A stretch of DNA of 64,000 nucleotides from Gammaproteobacteria bacterium. Lineage in GTDB: Bacteria > Pseudomonadota > Gammaproteobacteria > Eutrophobiales > Eutrophobiaceae. Below the pieces are notes generated by a model. It saw only the letters and a program-made list of their open reading frames with translations. It was not told the DNA's origin and did not search any database. Shown one piece after another: positions 60,202 to 64,000 of this stretch. The stretch's first letter is position 1, and each line of letters starts with the position of its first letter. The position numbers and the translations under genes were made by a program. The stretch is from assembly GCA_965215365.1 (NCBI GenBank), contig CBDCDS010000003.1, positions 544,001-608,000 of the forward strand, given 5' to 3'.

Positions 60202-61530
60202 ATGAATAACGCCCAATTCGTCAGCTGGTTCCGGTCGGCCTCGCCCTATATCCGTATCCACCGCGGCAGGACTTTCGTCATCCAGGTCGGTGACCAGACG
60301 TTACACAGCGACGGCTTCACCGCGCTGGTGCATGATCTGGCCCTGCTCACCAGCCTGGGGGTCAGGCTGGCGCTGGTGTTCGGCGCGCGCACGACTATTG
60401 AAGCCGGCCTGGATGAAAAAAAGCTGGCTTCCAGGTACCACGCCGGGATCCGGGTCACCGATGCAAAGACCATCGGCGTCGTCAAGGAGGTGGTCGGGCG
60501 CCTGTTACTGGAGATACAGGCCAGACTGTCCACAGGGCTCGGCAACACTCCCATGTCCAATGCCGCCATCAGGGTGAGCACCGGCAATTACGTGTCTGCA
60601 AAACCTTTGGGAGTTATAGACGGAGTGGACTACGAGCTGACCGGCACAACCCGCGCGGTCGATACCGGGGCCATGACTGCCAAGCTGGATAACGGTGAAA
60701 TCATTGTTCTGCCACCGCTGGGCTATTCCGTAACGGGGGAGGCTTATAACCTGTCGGCGCCAGCGCTGGCGGCGGAGGTGGCGGTGGCCCTGCGTGCAGA
60801 CAAGCTGATTTACCTGACCGAAGCAGACCTCCTGTCCACCTTGACCAGCGCGCCCCCCACCAGGCAGTTGAGCCGGGATGACGCGCAGCAGTTGTTGCGC
60901 CGGCTTGATGAGCAGGCGGACAGTTATCAATACCTGCAACATGCCCTGGAAGTCAGTGACCGCGGGGTCGAGCGGGTACACCTGCTGAACCGGGAAGAGG
61001 ACGGCGCCATTCTCAATGAGCTGTTCACCCGGGATGGGTCGGGGTTGATGATTACCACTTCTCCTTATGATGTGGCGCGCACCGCCGACGGCAACGACAT
61101 CAACGGCATACTGGACCTGATCGAACCCCATGAACAGCAGGGCGCCCTGGTGAAGCGTTCCCGGGAGAAACTGGAACTGGAAGCCGAACGTTTTACCATT
61201 CTCACCCGGGATGGAGTCATCATTGGCTGTGCCGGTTTGTATCCTTATCCTGAAGACGGTATGGGAGAGATTGCCGGCTTGGCGGTACACCCGGATTACC
61301 AGGATGCCGGCCACGGCAACCGCCTGCTGGATAAAGTCGAACAGGAAGCACAGCGTCAGGGCCTGCACAGCGTGTTTGTACTGACCACCCAGGCCCAACA
61401 CTGGTTTCTGGAACGAGGCTTTAAGGAAGCCGCTTTGGCAAGCCTGCCCATGGCAAGGCAGGACTTGTACAACTACCGGCGTAATTCCAAGATTCTACTC
61501 AAGGAACTGGAGGGTGCCTCTAATTTTTAG
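60202..61530 (+). CDS. argA: Amino-acid N-acetyltransferase
   Basis: WFR...PYI..HRG.TFV, ELFTRDG.G, GNAT domain, YNYRRNSK. Confidence 0.97.
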   Translation: MNNAQFVSWFRSASPYIRIHRGRTFVIQVGDQTLHSDGFTALVHDLALLTSLGVRLALVFGARTTIEAGLDEKKLASRYHAGIRVTDAKTIGVVKEVVGRLLLEIQARLSTGLGNTPMSNAAIRVSTGNYVSAKPLGVIDGVDYELTGTTRAVDTGAMTAKLDNGEIIVLPPLGYSVTGEAYNLSAPALAAEVAVALRADKLIYLTEADLLSTLTSAPPTRQLSRDDAQQLLRRLDEQADSYQYLQHALEVSDRGVERVHLLNREEDGAILNELFTRDGSGLMITTSPYDVARTADGNDINGILDLIEPHEQQGALVKRSREKLELEAERFTILTRDGVIIGCAGLYPYPEDGMGEIAGLAVHPDYQDAGHGNRLLDKVEQEAQRQGLHSVFVLTTQAQHWFLERGFKEAALASLPMARQDLYNYRRNSKILLKELEGASNF

Positions 61531-61634
61531 ACACGGAAACAGAAAAATGCCCGAAAAAGTGGGACATTCCGTTTCCTTCATTTTCAGTCACTTACGTGAC
61601 TGCAGTTACTGGCAGCACCTCCTTGTGCTGCGGG
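61512..61634 (+). mobile_element. MITE family A diverged copy overlapping the argA stop
   Basis: GGGTGCCTCTAATTTTTAGACACGGAAA...GCAGCACCTCCTTGTGCTGC. Confidence 0.8.
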
Positions 61635-61700
61635 CCGTCCCTGTCAGTTTGCTGCTACTCACCAAGTGACGCGCCGCTTCCCGTAGCCGGTGCCGACCCG

Positions 61701-64000
61701 TTACCAGTTATACAGCGCCCGGAAGTAGTAGAAACCACCGTTGAAACCGTAGGGTGAGGTTTCGGCGTATTGCATCCCGGACGGGTAGGGCGAGGCGTTT
61801 TTGCTCTGGTTGGTGGGGGTGGTGTCGATAAAGTTCTCGGCGCCCGCTATCAGGGTGATGTTGTCGTTAAGCGAATAGCCCAGTTCGGCGTCCATGAGGA
61901 AGCGTGAACCGGCGTTCAGCCGGGCGCTGGCGTCATCGGTGGAGAACTCCACGAAACCGTCATAGAAACGGCCCCGTAACATTGCTCGCCATGGTCCCTG
62001 GGTGTGATTCAACGTGGTGGTGAAGCGGAACTCGGGGTTGTTTTTCTCCAGTTGTGTCACTCTCTTGTCGTCAATCAACTCAGGATTGCGCTTATCCACT
62101 TCCGTGTCGGTCCAGTTGCCGGCGAAACTGAGGCTGGAGTCGCCGCCGGCCATTGCAAACGGCAGCGTCGCAACGATGTCTATCCCTTGGGTAGTGGTTT
62201 CGAAATCATTGACGTAAAAGCGTATGTTCGTGAAACTGAGTGCATCCGCCACGCCCTGGGATAACAGCGTTTGGCGGTCGGCGTCGGTCAGCGCCCGGTC
62301 ACTGCTGCGGGCGATGCGATCTTCTACATTGATGTTGAAATAGTCGATGGTCACGTCCATGTCCCCCACATTGAATACCGCACCGAGGGTGAAGTTGGTG
62401 GATTCCTCCGGTGTCAACGCCTTGCCCCCCACTAGCGTCGAGGCCGGGTGAGTGGGTGGTAACGTGGCTTCATCAGCCAACATGCCGCCGGTAAATGCCG
62501 TGGTGACGTTCTGCACGTTGGCCTGACCTACCGTCGGCGCCCGGAAGCCGGTGCTCACGGCGCCGCGCAATGCCAGTGTGTCGGTTACATCCGCGCGCGC
62601 GCTGATCTTGAAATCCCAGGTCTCGCCCACGCCTTTGTGGTCTTCGTAGCGACCCGCCGCGCCCAGCACAATGCGGTCGGTCACCTCGGCCTCTACATCG
62701 ATATAACCGGCGTAGCTGTTACGTGACCAGGTCCCGGCAATGCGCGGGCTGAACCCGGCAAAGCCATTGGAGCCGATGCCAAAACCCTGTTCGGCCAGAC
62801 CACCGGACCGAGCATCAATGAACCAGGAGTTCATGCCGCCCGGAGTCACCTTGAATTCCTCCTGCCGATGTTCCGCGCCGAACGCCACATTCACCGGTGC
62901 GGCAAACAGCGGTAGGTGCAGCAGTTTTGTTACGTCCAGGTTCAAGGTGTAATCCGTTTCAGTGTAAGAACCGGGGATATAATCCGTCGGGATATTGGCG
63001 ACGGTAACGTCCGGCATGGCCAGCAACTGCGGGTTCAACGTATGACGCATGAAGAAATCGGCCCGGTGGCGACCATACACGCCACTCACGTCCACGTTCC
63101 AGTCGTTGCCCAACTCACCGCGCACGCCCAGCGCAAAGCTGTAATCTTCCATGGTGCCGCCGAAACGCGGCACAAAACCGCCGGGGAAACGGGTGATGAA
63201 GGATTCGCAGTTGGGATCGGCCTCCACTGCGGCAATGTCTGCGGCATTAGCCACATCGTTCATAATCCGGATCACAGGACAGTTTTCTCCTACGCCCGTG
63301 CCGTTAACATCCGCGACCTTGACGGTGTCATAAGTCATCCCGTCAATGGTAACTTCCGGGCCATCGAAAACACCGCCGCGGGTGTGCGGGTTACGAAAGT
63401 AGAAGCCGCCTTCCACCTTGCGCTTGGCGTAGTTGCCGTAGCCGTAGGCTTCAAAGTTATCGCTGAGGTCGATGCCCATGTTGCCGAAGAACTTGTAATC
63501 ATACTCGAACTCCGGGGCGCCCCAGACCATGACGGTGGGGTGGAACACGCTATCGTAGTCGGGATCTTCGATATACGGATTGCCAGCGTCCACCAGCGCC
63601 TGCGCGTCGGTGCGTTGCCGCGCCCGACTGGTCGGGTCGGCCTCCTTGTACTCCATGCTCAGGTTAAGAAAGCCGTTGCCGGTCATGGGCAAGCCGATGT
63701 TGCCGGCGAAGTTGAAGCCATCGCCGTCGCCTTCGTAAAACTGGCCCCAGCGCGCCTCGACCGTGCCGCCTTCGGCATCGTCTTTCAGTTCAAAGTTGAT
63801 GACTCCGGCGATGGCATCGGAGCCGTACTGGGCAGCGGCGCCGTCACGCAGCACTTCCACCCGCTTTAGTGCCACCGAGGGGATGACCGAGACATCCGGC
63901 CCTTGCGAGCCGTCCGCCACGCCGTTGCCCAGGAAGGTAATCACCGCCGCGCGGTGGCGACGTTTGCCGTTCACCAACACCAGGGTGGAGTCCGGCGGCA
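61701..64000 (-). CDS. TonB-dependent receptor; 5' end beyond window
   Basis: LVNGKRRH, RVEVLRDGAAAQYGSDAIAGVIN, SPYGFNGG, C-terminal YNW. Confidence 0.97.
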   Translation of the reverse strand, partial: PPDSTLVLVNGKRRHRAAVITFLGNGVADGSQGPDVSVIPSVALKRVEVLRDGAAAQYGSDAIAGVINFELKDDAEGGTVEARWGQFYEGDGDGFNFAGNIGLPMTGNGFLNLSMEYKEADPTSRARQRTDAQALVDAGNPYIEDPDYDSVFHPTVMVWGAPEFEYDYKFFGNMGIDLSDNFEAYGYGNYAKRKVEGGFYFRNPHTRGGVFDGPEVTIDGMTYDTVKVADVNGTGVGENCPVIRIMNDVANAADIAAVEADPNCESFITRFPGGFVPRFGGTMEDYSFALGVRGELGNDWNVDVSGVYGRHRADFFMRHTLNPQLLAMPDVTVANIPTDYIPGSYTETDYTLNLDVTKLLHLPLFAAPVNVAFGAEHRQEEFKVTPGGMNSWFIDARSGGLAEQGFGIGSNGFAGFSPRIAGTWSRNSYAGYIDVEAEVTDRIVLGAAGRYEDHKGVGETWDFKISARADVTDTLALRGAVSTGFRAPTVGQANVQNVTTAFTGGMLADEATLPPTHPASTLVGGKALTPEESTNFTLGAVFNVGDMDVTIDYFNINVEDRIARSSDRALTDADRQTLLSQGVADALSFTNIRFYVNDFETTTQGIDIVATLPFAMAGGDSSLSFAGNWTDTEVDKRNPELIDDKRVTQLEKNNPEFRFTTTLNHTQGPWRAMLRGRFYDGFVEFSTDDASARLNAGSRFLMDAELGYSLNDNITLIAGAENFIDTTPTNQSKNASPYPSGMQYAETSPYGFNGGFYYFRALYNW

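Overview
GC-rich gammaproteobacterial chromosome segment. The gene mix (solo AAA ATPases, toxin-antitoxin and restriction-modification debris, many MITEs, small MSPELI proteins) suggests a host-associated marine lineage such as a sponge symbiont; this is an inference. Housekeeping blocks are queA-tgt, pcnB-folK-panB-panC, regBA, moxR-bat, ilvD, argE-argA, tRNA-Leu(CAA) and tRNA-Glu(CTC). These are interleaved with (i) an eroding, largely periplasmic catabolic cluster at 1-19 kb (FAD oxidase, NADP oxidoreductase, VOC, CpcT-like remnant, Tat amine oxidase, TonB receptor, DUF1838, MFS, PLP enzyme); (ii) islands next to both tRNAs carrying PanTA, HicBA, a fused restriction-modification enzyme, IS21/IS481 remnants and an AAA ATPase; and (iii) at least four non-autonomous repeat families. 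The most striking signals are a multi-hairpin MITE family with compensatory base changes and CsrA/RsmA-type ANGGAN loops, MITE or IS-end-flanked cargo units carrying paralogous AAA ATPases, MITEs supplying start and stop codons to genes, and repeated toxin inactivation. No CRISPR array or rRNA was seen. Family assignments come from motif recognition, not database searches.
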